Below are positions 13,904 through 26,284 of a stretch of 64,000 nucleotides of DNA, piece by piece (position 1 is the first letter of the stretch; each line of letters begins with the position of its first letter). Made by a program: the position numbers and the translations under genes. Origin of the DNA: the human T2T-CHM13v2.0 reference genome, Homo sapiens; the NCBI RefSeq assembly GCF_009914755.1, contig NC_060928.1; one strand, written 5' to 3'. The notes under the pieces are model-generated. The model saw nothing but the letters and a program-made list of their open reading frames with translations, did no database searches and had not been told where the DNA came from.

Positions 13904-16845
13904 GTCTGCTTTAAAAAATAATCACTACTTTTCATTTTCCAAATATCATCTTACTGGCACATGGACTGTCAATATTTCTAGATACAGGTAATAAATTGTT
14001 AAAGAATAATTTGATTGAGTATTACAAAGTGAATGACATTTAAAAAGAAGAAAAATCAAAAATAAAAGGTAGCATATGAAAAGGGGCCTTTTAGCAAATC
14101 TGTAGGGATTTTTAAATAAGAATAGTTATATTTTAAAAGGTAACCAAAGACCTAAACATAAAAGTAAAAAGTTAAAATTATGTCTAATCCACAAATATAT
14201 ATGCATGTAATATATATCTATCCACATCCATTATCTGCCTAGTCATTTTGTATGTATACAAAATTATACATATACCTCATGTATACATAATTTTATCCTT
14301 GCTGCTACATGATCTGTTTTAAAATGTCAACTTTTGTCTGAAATCTCCACATTCTCACAGTAATTTGTTATAACCAGTAAATGTGGTAAATCAACTACCA
14401 CATTAAATGGTGGTGAAATTTTCTTACCACTGACATCACCACCTCTCTGTCTCTTCCCTGCCCTCCTCCCCTGCCCCCATTTAGCATGTCCTAAAGAAAA
14501 AATTGGGGAAATAAAAATCCCAAGCCAACTATTGAGAGGCCAATGAGAAGAGAGAAAGAAGATTCACGACAGAGGTTAATATTGGCCAACTGAAAACTTC
14601 TGTCTTCATGTGGGGAGAACTGATCTTTAGAAGTGTCGAAGTTGGGAATGAGAGGAAGACTGGATAAAAAATTTGGAGAGTAGGATATATTCACAAAACT
14701 GGAAAAATGGATTCAGTCCTTGGTGGGTTATTTGTGTCTGCCTCTTATACCTACGTAAACATTGCTACGTAAACAACATACCCCACAAGCTATGTTGCAT
14801 AAAGTTTGGAAGGAATTTCATAACGTGGTTCTCTGAAACTGTGGAAACGAATGACTTTCAGGATTTTACAGGATGGCATCTGTTCTATTGTGTTCAAAAT
14901 CACTGTTACCAGACATAAATTTAACTTGATGAATTATGTGTTTGCATAGTCACTGTTCTGCTGTTCCACATTTTAAAGGAGTTATACATCACCTTTAGTT
15001 CTGCAAAATGGACAGAGATATGAGCCAAAACTCAAATAAAGCAATTGCCTTTATTCTTTTTCAATAAACTTAACCTGTTCAATTTCACTGAGTGGAGCTT
15101 AGTTGGTGAAACAAAATATGGGACCCTATCTGTACAATAACTAGTGAGCACCTGCAGAAGGGGGTTTCAGAATAACTGGAAAGCTATCTCCTTGAAATGT
15201 CATTATTAGAACTTGATGTATTCAGCTTTGATTCCTGCAGAAATGTAGCTAACCTTGAGAGAGGAAAACATAATGCTAGTCTTCAGGTACTCTTTTTATA
15301 TCAGAATGTGAATGAATGGTTGCATGAGAGAACAGGTTTGCTTATGGACAGAGATTAGAAAACAGAATAAGGAGAAAGAAGAAGCTGGAGTTATTTCATA
15401 CGTTTTCCCAGAATCAGCAATTTCCTGAATTTGGGAGTTGATATGAACTAGGTAGAAAAAGTGGCCAAGGTGTGCTGAGACAGCGTTTGTGTTGCCTACA
15501 CTGATCTTCTGCATTTGAAAAGCATTTTGCTTGATCTGACAGTGACGCCTAATAATTTGTAGCCCAAGATGTGAAATCAACAACTCTAACTCCATTCTCT
15601 GCTTGTGTAACATCTGTGTTAACGAGGCAAGATGACGTTAATATTTTGTAGTTTTAATAATTAATCTCATAGTTAAAATCAGTGTCCAGTGGGCAGTATA
15701 CACCAACAATCTTTTAAGTCCAGACACTCTTGATCTGGAGTGTATAGTTTTGGTTTTACTCTTGAAGTACCTTTCCCTTGAACATGTTTCTGTTAGGCTA
15801 TATTTGAACAATTTTAAATCACTTTAAGATGTCAGGATGATGTTGTATCCTAATTTATACTCTCAAGTATAAATCTTGTGATTTACTTAATCTCTTTGAT
15901 TCTCAGTTTCATGTAAAATGATAACAAGAATTTCTGCTTTACCTGTTTCAGAGAGCTATGAGTGTCACGAGATATATATGATTATATGCTCTGGTGTAAG
16001 TTATGTGTAAAATGTACAATAGTGTAATTGTTAAGTGCTGGTATTTTTTATTTCATATTTATCTCTCAGGCTTATAATGAATTTCTCCCTCTTTAATGCC
16101 AAGACACCAGGGGTAACATTAACTCACATTATGCATATTCAGATATAATAAATATAATATTTTTGCTTGCTATTGGGGTTTTCATCATGCAGTTGAAATT
16201 CATATTATTTTTAATTGTGAAATTTCTTTGTGAGAACTGACAATAAAAATCAAAATAATTTCCCCCTCTTCCCTCCTGATAATTTTATCTTGTTTCTTAC
16301 TCTGAGAAGGAGCAGAACCACGTTACCACTCAAACTTAAACAAAATTTCAATTGGTATATGGTCCTTCCATACCTCTCTAAATGTCATATTTTGTGATAC
16401 TCCCTTTATATGAGGAGGAAATAAAATGTGTTGCTTTACAAGGGCTTAGCCTAAGGGTTAGGGTTCTCAGATTGACTTCTCACTTCTTTTTAAGTTACAG
16501 CTCCTCCACTTACAAGATCTGTTCTGTTGGCATTAATTAACTCTAGAGTGACTATGCAAGTCCTTGACAAAACATACACCTTTGAGAATGAAAATGGGCA
16601 CTATTAATAATTACCCATGGACAACAAGTGTAAAACAACACTTTCCTAGGAAACCCAGGATTTATGATTACAGTATGCCACTCAAAGCCTGAATTTCTCT
16701 TTAAAATGGAAATAAATGATATTTTCTTCTTAGGTTATCGAAGGCTAAATGAGATAATGTGTACAAATATTTTAGCATAGTTCCCTGACCCTGAGTAGGT
16801 ACTTGGGGAAAAAACTGGTCATTTTAAAGCATAGTATTCTCCTTT

Positions 16846-16887
<42 letters not shown>
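16846..16887. repeat. (ATC)14 trinucleotide repeat
   Basis: Directly visible; a shorter ATC tract lies at 17236-17256, on the other side of the MLT1 LTR. Confidence 0.95.
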
Positions 16888-16888
<1 letters not shown>

Positions 16889-17235
16889 GTCCATTTCAGC
16901 TGATATAACAGAGTATCACAGACTGGAAAGCTTATAAACAAGAGACATTTATCTCTCAGTTCTGGAGGATGGGAAATCCAAGATCAAGGCACTGACAGAT
17001 TCTGTGTCTGTTGAGGGGCTACTGCTTGGTTCAAAGACAGCCTTCACATGGTGTGCTTACATGGTGGAAAGTGGTGAGGGAGTTTACTGGAGCCTCTTTC
17101 CTAAGGGCTCATTTATGAGGGTTTTGCCCCCACAACCTAATAACCTCCCAAAGACCTCACCTCCAAATGTTGTTATATCGGAGCTCAAGTTTTGGCATGT
17201 GACTTTTGTGGGGAACACACATTCAGTCTATAGCA
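16888..17235 (-). mobile_element. MaLR solo LTR (MLT1A-like)
   Basis: cagttctggaggatgggaaatccaagatcaaggc...cacattcagtctatagca, typical of antisense MLT1A. Confidence 0.8.
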
Positions 17236-17303
17236 ATCATTATCATCATCATCATCCTATTTATTCAACATTTACACTGTAACCAGGCACTGTTATGAGA
17301 GCT

Positions 17304-17665
17304 TAATATGGTTTGGCTCTGTGTCCCCACTCAAATCTTACCTTGAATTTTAGTTCCCATAAACCCTATGTGTTGTGGGAGGGAGCCAGTGGGAAGTGAC
17401 TGAAACATAGGGGCAGTTTCCTCCATGCTGTTTGCATGATAGTGAGTGAGTTCTCATGAGATCTGATGGTTTTATAAGCATCTGGCATTTCCCCTGCTTA
17501 CCCTTCTCTCTCCGGCCACTCTGTGAAGAGGTGCCCTCTGCCATGATTGTATGTTTCCTGAGGCCTCCCCAGCCATGTGGAACTGTGAGTCAATTAAATT
17601 CCTTTCCTTATAAATTACCCAATGTCAGATATTTCTTCATAGCAGGGTGAGGACGGACTAATACA
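17304..17665 (+). mobile_element. THE1 (THE1C-like) solo LTR
   Basis: Runs from (T)AATATGGTTTGGCTCTGTGTCCCCAC to GGACTAATACA, with a 5-bp TSD GAGCT (17299-17303)/GTGCT (17666-17670). Confidence 0.9.
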
Positions 17666-18111
17666 GTGCTTCATATGTAAATATCAACAATAAAATTATA
17701 GTAGATGAGATAAGAAGAGTTTTTACACCAAAGTTTGTAGATAATCAAACAAACAAAAATATTATTTATCTGTTCACTTCTGCTTATCAAGCACTTTGTA
17801 AAAGCAAAGGTACTTGGTAGGAACTGTGAAAGGTTATTAAAAATTATAGGATTTACTTTATTTTTTAAGAAACATCCAAAAATCTCACTGAGAAGGTAAG
17901 TTACAAAAAGATAACTATCTACCTGAAGTCATAATTGACCACTAATGGCACCAAAAAAGGTCCTGAATATGAGATCACAGTGACCCTGAAGATGAGATCT
18001 CATGACATAGCAGAGAAAGTGCAATCAAGCTGAGATATGCAGGAGAAGAATAATCTAGGTAGGAAGGTAATTGATATTCCAAGTAGGGAAAATAGTATTA
18101 GGAAATCTGTA

Positions 18112-18601
18112 ACAATAGCAAAGACATGGAATCAACCTAAATGCCCATCAATGATTGATAGACTGGATAAAGAAAATGTGGTACATATACACCATGGAAT
18201 ACTATGCAGCCTTAAAAAATAATGAGATCATGTCCTTTCAAGGATATGGATTGAGCTAGAGGCCATTATCCTTAACAAACTAACACAGGAACAGAAAACC
18301 AAATACGGCATGTTTTCAGTCATAAGTGCCAGCTAAACGATGAAATACATGGACACATAGAGCAGAACAACGTGCACTGGAGCCTATCAGAGGCTGGAGG
18401 GTGGCAGGAGGGAGAGGATCAGAAAAAACAACTAATGGGTACTAGGCTTAACACCTGGGTGATGAAAATAATCTGTACAACAAACCCCCTGGACACAAGT
18501 TTAGCTGTGTAAGAAACTTTCACATGTACTCCTCTGAACTTAAAATAAAAGTTAAAAAAAATTAAACAAAACAGTCTTCCAAAAATAATAAATAAATAAA
18601 T
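18112..18601 (+). mobile_element. 5'-truncated L1 (older L1PA, about PA13-16) 3' end
   Basis: ORF2 C-terminal TIAKTWNQPKCPS, 3' UTR and A-rich tail. TSD AATCTGTA at 18104-18111 and 18602-18609. Confidence 0.9.
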
Positions 18602-18709
18602 AATCTGTAGCAGTAAGATTACCAAGGGTATTCAAAATTACAGAGAGATTCACATGACTCTTCAGGCTGGAAATATAATCCTGGAGTCTTGATAATGATA
18701 ACAGAAATT

Positions 18710-18945
18710 AAACACATCTACAAAGCAGGTACTATTCTAACCACTTTATGAATATTAACCTACTTAATCTATAAAGCAACCATATGAAGTATATATCATT
18801 ATTATCCCTATTTTACAGATATGTAAACTGAGATATAAAAAAATTAAGTAACTTGCCCAAAGTTATATAACAAGTAAGTGATAGAGCTGTGATTTGAACC
18901 TAGATAATTAGCTTCAGAGTCTATGTGTGGTAATTAGGTCACTAC
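18710..18945 (-). mobile_element. MIR SINE
   Basis: attatccctattttacagatatgtaaactgaga...ttaagtaacttgcccaaagt...gatttgaaccta. Confidence 0.8.
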
Positions 18946-19275
18946 ATCAGTTAGATCATAAAACATCATTATTTCTAGTAACATTTAAACATAGAAAAGT
19001 TTCAGAGATTTAGGGAATATGGTTAATACTAGAAATTGGGTCCTAGGAAGAAATGCATTAGCAATTAATATTATTTATTCCTGAGTTAAACTTTATAAAA
19101 GTAAGGAGCAGTTTGATTAATGTCTTCAGATTTATGAAATGTTTGATCCATTTGCTGATTTAATTCATATTGGATCTACTGTATGTAAGGTACAAAGTGT
19201 TATTAATCAGAAACAGGAAGAGATAATGGATTTGTCCTCCCTCTGAGACAATCTTAACTTGAGAAGGAAATGAAG

Positions 19276-19406
19276 TTTAAATTGGACATAAGGAAGAGCA
19301 TCTTGACTGTAAGGAGTGAGAAGATGCTGGAAGGAACTACTAACAGTAGTTGGGAAGTGTACATCCTTAGAAAGCTTCAGAACAAAAAAAGATAATTATA
19401 TCTGTC
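19276..19406 (+). mobile_element. CR1/L3 LINE 3' end remnant
   Basis: Translates FKLDIRKSILTVR and, after a frameshift, TSLESFRTKKDNY. This resembles the CR1 ORF2 C-terminus FRLDIRKNFLTVR...PSLEVFKxRLDxHL. Confidence 0.65.
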
Positions 19407-20009
19407 CTACTTGGCTTAGATGGCTGTGCTGTCCAAAGGCAAGAGGGTGAGACCAGAAAGTAAATTTCTCTTAACATCTTTCCTGATGGAAAATTTTGAG
19501 GTTCAAAAATTTTTACTTTATAAATTACAAATGATCCATCATAGCTTCAAAAATCCCCACATTGTAATCACCTTTTTAGTATATATACTTGAGGATTGAT
19601 TTATTCAGTCATAACCACACATTCAGAGACAATGACAAGGCCCTGGGCTAGGCCATTATGAATTAAGTCTCTCTTCTTGGAACGACTAACTTGTGACCTT
19701 ACGGTGCACAATACTCAAACTTATATCTCAGAAAAAGCTGCCATGTCACTGAGCTTCAGAGTAATTAATGAAGAGGAGACACAGCAGATGTTAAATTCCC
19801 AAATGCCAGGAGTCTTTTGCAATGAGGACTTCTTGAAGACAATGACCACACCTCATACTGTGCTGGATAAGAACCTTACACATAGAGCAGGATGAATAAA
19901 ATTGTGTTCAATTTAAGCGTGATGCATTCAATTCAAGTCTATCTGTACTTTTGTATTTAGACCAGGAAAAAAGATAACCCATAAGGCTAAGAATAGAAAT
20001 AGTGGTTAA

Positions 20010-20200
20010 AATGTAATGAATGCATGCCATGTCTCAGGTACCAGGATAAATACTTTATATCAGTTTTTACAAGAGTCACCTGAGATAGGAATATTTAATA
20101 TCCTTATTTCACAGATAAAGAACTGAGTCCAGAAAGGTTTATTTATAACAGAGCTGGGTTTAAAGCTCAGGGCTGTCTGACTTCAGAGTCAGACTTCTAA
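20010..20200 (-). mobile_element. MIR SINE
   Basis: atccttatttcacagataaagaactgagtccagaaagg...cagagctgggtttaaagctcagggctgtctgacttcagag. Confidence 0.7.
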
Positions 20201-23200
20201 CCCCCTTTCTCATTTTATCCAACAATAATTTCTTTCCCTTTAGAGTTTCCTCTAGTCTGAATTCTGCCATTAAAAACAGATCTTTTATTATTTCTCTAAA
20301 TGAATGGATAGGCAGAATCCTACCCAAACAATTGAGTTCTGAATTTCAGGCCTCAAAACAAGCCATAAGGAAGGAAAGTGGTTGCTGTTCTTGCTCTAGT
20401 TCTTACCTAGGGTTACTGTCATAGACAGAGCCTTTCCTCTTAATCTTTTCATGATGAGAAGAGAAAAAAAAAAAAAAAACTGTTGCCAGAGGAGGGAGTT
20501 TTTCGGTGCAAATCCAAGTTTTCGTTGCTCCCTCCTTTGGCATCCATGTCATGGTTCATAAAGGAGGAAACACAATAGTTTTCCAGTCAGGTTTGCTAGC
20601 AAAGGCGATTTGTTTGTTTGAGTTCAAGATGAAGACCCGAATAATCCAAAATCATTTGTTACTTTTTAATTCACAAGATTCCTGCCGGTGGAAAGACAGA
20701 ACTGCTCTCCATTCCAGGATTCTCTAATGGGGCCGTACGTCAACAACAGAAGGGGAGAAGCATGCCAACTGTTTCTTGAGGGGAGAATACAGAGGCTAAT
20801 CAGACGACCAATTTTTGGGTAGAGAAAGACAGAAAGACCCAGGTATATTTAGCTCTTCTGAATTCTTCCAGTGAACACTGAGAGAGAAATCAAATAGTAA
20901 TATGTAAAGGTCAGATCATTTCATCACTGTCCTTTCAGAACAGGGAAATTACATTATGAAATGCAAATGGCATCCGAGGTTAAAATAGCAAGTTATTATT
21001 ACCACATAGCTTACAGGAGGTATTTTTCACTTTTCTGCCTCATGTAGGAATATCGTCTTTATTTTTAAAAAATCTTGGTTTCTTTTGGCTTGATCTAAAT
21101 GAAGGCAATGGAAATATTTAGCTTGATTCTACAGAAACAAAAAAACAAAAGGGTTTACTGCAGATGAACAGTATATTTATAAAGTAGAAGACAGTCATAG
21201 AACATAGTTTAGGGAAAAACAGCTAACTTGAAATAAATAAACTGTTGTTTCTGTACTTCAAAAACGCAGAGGTAGGCTGTTTGAGAGATCACTAAATTCT
21301 GCTGCTGCCATTACAGACTTTCACATTTACTCTTTTTGGTAGTACATAAATAAGGCATGGTATTACTACTCACTCATATAGATCTTGCTGTATTTGTTCA
21401 TCTTTCTCAGCTAAAGAATATGTTCTCTTAGGTGTAGTTTGGGAGTTTAGCAAGCAAATGCTTAACTATCTATGTGCTATCACTATAACCAGGAAAACAT
21501 ATTTGGATATTCACATTGTCCCATTCACATTCGGGCACACACAGGTCAGGTCAATTCAGAATTTTATTGCCTTTGCTTCAAAGGTGTTACTAAGTTATTG
21601 GGGTGGGAGGTGGGTGCAGCACAAAGTGAACTTCAAGAAAGTTACCAGTTAGGCATAATGCATTGTGGATTTCACTGAGGTATGAAAATATATAATTTCA
21701 GAGTGACTTTGTAATTGAAATCATCAGACCAGTACATCATTTTGTAAGTTCAAAATCCATTTAATTCTAATTTTATTGGAGAGTTAGTAGAAAGGAAATA
21801 CTGTCAGGCAACAAATATATGTATATACGTATATATATATACATACATATATTTTTTTTAAGAGCTGCTTGTTAGAAGTTCCCAAGAAGCATTTTGGAAA
21901 TTTCAGATGCAAAGGGGGAAGTAAATGCCAATGCAAAGAGTTGAAGGAAGCAAAGAATAATTTTGATGAATAAGAATTTATAAATACCAGCTTATCATTT
22001 TTGTTGGATACCTGCTTTGCAAATGGCTTGCTATAAGTAGACATTCAACACTGTGAGATAGCCTATTTTTTCCTGGATTTTCCCTGTTGCATTCAGGAGT
22101 GAATTGACAACAAATGTTCAACTCCATCTCCTGATTCCTCACAGTCTCTTCTCCCAACTCCACATAAATAAGAGAAAAACTTCAATCATAAATTCAATTT
22201 CAATATTACTGATGTTTCCTCTCTTGTCTTCCATTTTTCCATTCCTTCCACTCTCTTTTTCCATATGGTTCCTTAATTGACTAGTAATGGAGGCTCATCT
22301 GGCTACCATCTGTTCTAGAAAAGCAGCATGATGGGAAATGAATGGGTTATTACTGGGCCCACCCTGGGTTCTGGCTCGGGTTTTGTGTGTGCCCTCTCTG
22401 TTAATTTTCTTGTCTCTGTGTGTTGGGTCAAGAAAAATGCCATTAAAACTCATCAAAACTGCTCCTTCTTCCTCAGGAAGAGGGCAGAGTTTATGTCAGT
22501 AGGAAAATAAATCTTTGGGCTACTCCTTCTAACTCCCTGAGACTGGCAGGAAGGAGGGAAAAAAAAGACGGGGATTTCAGAGGCTCTGCCAGTTTCACAG
22601 TGCTAATGGGCAATATCCGGAATAACTGGCCCTTTGTTTCAGGGAAATGTTAATGAGCCTTTGGGAATGCAAAATTATGTTTAGAGCTAAGAAGGGAAGA
22701 AGGGCTAAAATTTTCTGCTTAAGAGTATAAGAAAAGTTGAAAGCAGAATAGAAAATAGAGAACCAGAGAGAAGAGGCAGATTGGAGACAAATAAAACTGA
22801 GAAACTAGACAAGAGGTTGAAGTTCTCAGCAAGTATTTATTTCTCAGTGTTGAGTAACAGAAGAACTTAAAAACAGGGATGTTTTCATTTGATTATATGT
22901 TAGTTTTCATTGCAGTGTTGTAAAACATCATTGCTTCTCCACTTCCTCATAAAGGCTTTTATTTGTAGTGCTTTGTTGGTATAGTTTTTGGGAATTCTGA
23001 GTTCCACATCTGGGTCAGCATTGAGTACAGGGAAGAGAAGAGCCATGTATTTGAGACCAGAATGATAATAAGAGTTCAGAAGAAACAATAAGAGCCAAAG
23101 GCAACCAGGAAAACATATTTGGATATTCACAAAAATCCCAGGGAAAGCACTGGACTTTTAATAGTAGACGGTAAAGGCTTCAGGTTAATTTATTTCAGTC

Positions 23201-23246
23201 TCAAAGAAAGTCAGCCGACTAGTAGTTACATATAAAGCATGATTAA

Positions 23247-23547
23247 GGCTGGGTGACATGACTCACGCCCGTAATCCCAGCACTTTGGGAGGCCGAGGTG
23301 GGCAGATCACTTGAGGCCAGGAGTTCAAGATGAGCCTGACCAATATGGTGAGAGCCCGTCTCTACTAAAAATACAAAAGTCAGCCGGGTGTGGTGTCACA
23401 CACCTGTAATTTCAGCTACACGGGAGGCTGAGGCAGTAGAATCTGCTTGAACCCAGGAGGTAGAGGTTGCAGTGAGCCGAGATTGTGCCACTGCACTCCA
23501 GCCTGGGTGACAGAGTGAGACCCTGTCTCAAAAAATAAATAAATAAG
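23247..23547 (+). mobile_element. Alu (AluS/J)
   Basis: Full dimer with TSD ATAAAG(C/T)ATGATTA at 23232-23245 and 23548-23561. Confidence 0.96.
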
Positions 23548-24371
23548 ATAAAGTATGATTATAACCAGCATACAGGAAGCAGAAGACCTGTGCCTTGTAA
23601 TTGCTGAAGAAACTTGAGTTCCCCTTTTTACACTGAAGCAATATGGAGGCCCCATGTCACTACTGAAAAGGAACATGAGAAAGATGTGAGTTGAGGCTAC
23701 TGAGGAAAGAGAGCATGACAGCAAGGCATAATCATTGTTTTCTCTCCTGATTTCCTGTAGGATCTCCTTCTGAGGCTGCAAACTCAAGGGTGAATATTAT
23801 CAGTGTGATACCCACACAAACAAACACACATTCAGGCAAGGGGGAGAGGTAATTCAGTTCCCATACATACCACATGCGCAATTACTTACAAGCATATGGC
23901 TATCAATTTAAAGTGGTTTGGCATACAAACTCCGAAGTACGGAGCTAGTATAGCCACAGTGTGCCTTAAGACCCATTTGTACTGTGGCCTTTAAAATATG
24001 GTAGATGGTGGAGTCCAAGAATTCAAGATCAATGCTGTAAATTTCTCAGAGGCACAAACCCTGTTGTCTTCTTGCTGGCTCTGCTGATCTGTCTGTTTAT
24101 ATCTAGTGCTCTCTGACTTCCTATTCAGTTCTCTCATTTTCCTCCCCGACTGTAGCATTATGCATCTTCCTGTCAATGTATCCATCGCTTTGCGGATCAG
24201 CTTCTGAAGCATCCAATGGATCTAAAAACTGAAAGAAGGCAACAGAAAGAAAAAATAGAGAGCGAGCAAGCAAGCTGAGATGAGTACAAGTTTAGTGCTT
24301 GCAGTTAATTCTGGTGGAAATCAGAGAAGAAATTAAAATGTGAGAAAAAAGGGAAGAGTAGAATGAGGCGC

Positions 24372-25235
24372 TGTTGCAGGCTGGGTTCTCCTGAGACACT
24401 GAGATGAATATTTGTGATTCTTGGGATGTTTATTGAAAAACGCTGTTGGGAACAACTCCTGTGGGGCAGTGAGGGCAAGAGCATTAGGTAAAGGGAGAGG
24501 TGACATGGTGAAGCTGAATCAAGATGTCATTGCTACAAATGTGTTACTAACCCCAAGAAGAGCTCTGGAGCAAGAATGACCCTTCAGAATTATCTGAAAT
24601 TCAAACATATGTCTTTGTCTTAGTCTGTTCAGGCTGCTATACCAAAATTATCATAGGCTCTGTGGCTATAAACAACAAAAATTTATTTTTTTCACAATTC
24701 TGGAAACTGGGAACGCCAAGATGAAGGCACCAGCAGGTCTGGTGTCTGGTGAGGTCTTCTTAGTTCATAGACAACCTTCTTCTCACTGTGTTCTCTCAAG
24801 GCAAAAAGATTCAGGGACCCAAGAGAGGTACCTTAGATGTATCTGTATGCATATATATGACTTTTAATCTCATTCGTGAATACTCTGTCTTCATTAGCTT
24901 ATAATCTCCCCAAATCCCCACCTTCTAATGCCATCACATTGAGGGTTAGGATTCCAACATATGAATTTTGAGAGAACATAAACATTCAGCTATAGCAGTC
25001 TTTGTATCCCAACTGGATTCTACCACCTAACATTAGCCAACCATGTGATGTGGGCTGTCACTGGAAAGAAGGTGTGACCATGGGTGACAAAGTCCTTTTC
25101 AACTATGGCATATCTAGAGAGTGACCGAGCTGAGAGATTTCAGCCACCACTCCCAGCAACTGGAAAAATGAGTGGGTTCTGAAAGGGGTGTGAGATCTAG
25201 GCTGAGAATCACAGTATCCGCCTATTACCCACAGG
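24372..25235 (-). mobile_element. Old ERVL-type LTR (LTR16/33-like), interrupted by MLT1A
   Basis: gggttctcc...gacactgagatg...tttattg...ctcctgtgggg resembles the antisense LTR16/33 3' end, and similar sequence resumes after 25002. Confidence 0.5.
24616..24997 (-). mobile_element. MaLR solo LTR (MLT1A0-like)
   Basis: TGTCTTAGTCTGTTCAGGCTGCTATA...ACATTCAGCTATAGCA with a perfect 5-bp TSD GTCTT (24611-24615 and 24998-25002). Confidence 0.9.
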
Positions 25236-25989
25236 GTAAGAAACACAGCTAAAATGACTGGCCTGAAGAGACTCTCCCTCAGAGCTCTGGGTAGTTTTGT
25301 CTCATACTATTCACTGATTGTTGCACGTGCATTGCTTTTGTCCTTTACCTAAAGTCTAAACTCTTTAAATACCAGGATCACATTTTATATACTTTTCCTA
25401 TCCTTTAATAATTTCTTTAGATGAGTAGCTGCCTAAATGTAAAATTGACTTTTTTAAAAAAAAAAAGCTCATTACCTGTGTAATATGATACTATAAAAAG
25501 AGTCTTTTTTCCATATTTTAAGAAGATGTAAGTAACCACTCATTTACCAAGTTTTTTTTTTCTGTCATATCTGCATATAAAAGGCTCCTGAGTGGTCTGA
25601 TACTGATGACCTTGAACAGTTACAGGCAGAACCTTGAACACTCAAAAAGAGAGAAGGGAGACCAGGAGAATGTGTGAAAGTGAGAGTCTAGGTACTTCAG
25701 TGGAAAGAGCCCTCAACCACAGTCTGAAGGTCGGCTTCTGTTTCTTGCTATACTGGTGCTTGCCACGTGATCTTCTAAAAGTCACTTGAACTCTCTTAGA
25801 CTCACTTCTTTTTTTCATGTAATTAGGGATAATGATGTCTGCTTTACCTTCATGAATAGCAGCAGGTGTTGGACTGAAGGACTGCGATGAAGATCAATGG
25901 GTAATGCCTGCCTGATATTTTTGAGGTCTACAGAAATATTCAAAAGAGTAGTTGCATTGTTACTATTATTATTACTTTATGGGCAACAT

Positions 25990-26284
25990 TTTTTTTTTTG
26001 AGATGGAGTCTTGCTTTGTTGCCCAGGCTGGAGTGCAGTGGCATGGTCTCGGCTCACTGCAATCTCCACCTCCCCACATTCAAGCAATTCTCCTGCCTCA
26101 GCCTCCTGAGTAGCTAGAATTACAGGTGCCTGCCACCATGCCCAGCTAATTTTTTTGTATTTTTAGTAGAGATGGGATTTCACCAAGTTGGCCAGGCTGG
26201 TCTCCAACTCCTGACCTCAGGTAATCCATCCACCTCAGCCTCCCAAAGTGCTGGGATTACAGGCGTGAGCCACTGCACCTGGAC
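25990..26284 (-). mobile_element. Alu (AluSx-like)
   Basis: Antisense full dimer with TSD ACTTTATGG(G/A)CAACAT at 25974-25989 and 26285-26300. Confidence 0.96.

Noticed and set aside
14380-14404. 9-bp stem hairpin AATGTGGTA...TACCACATT
   Set aside because: Short enough to occur by chance.
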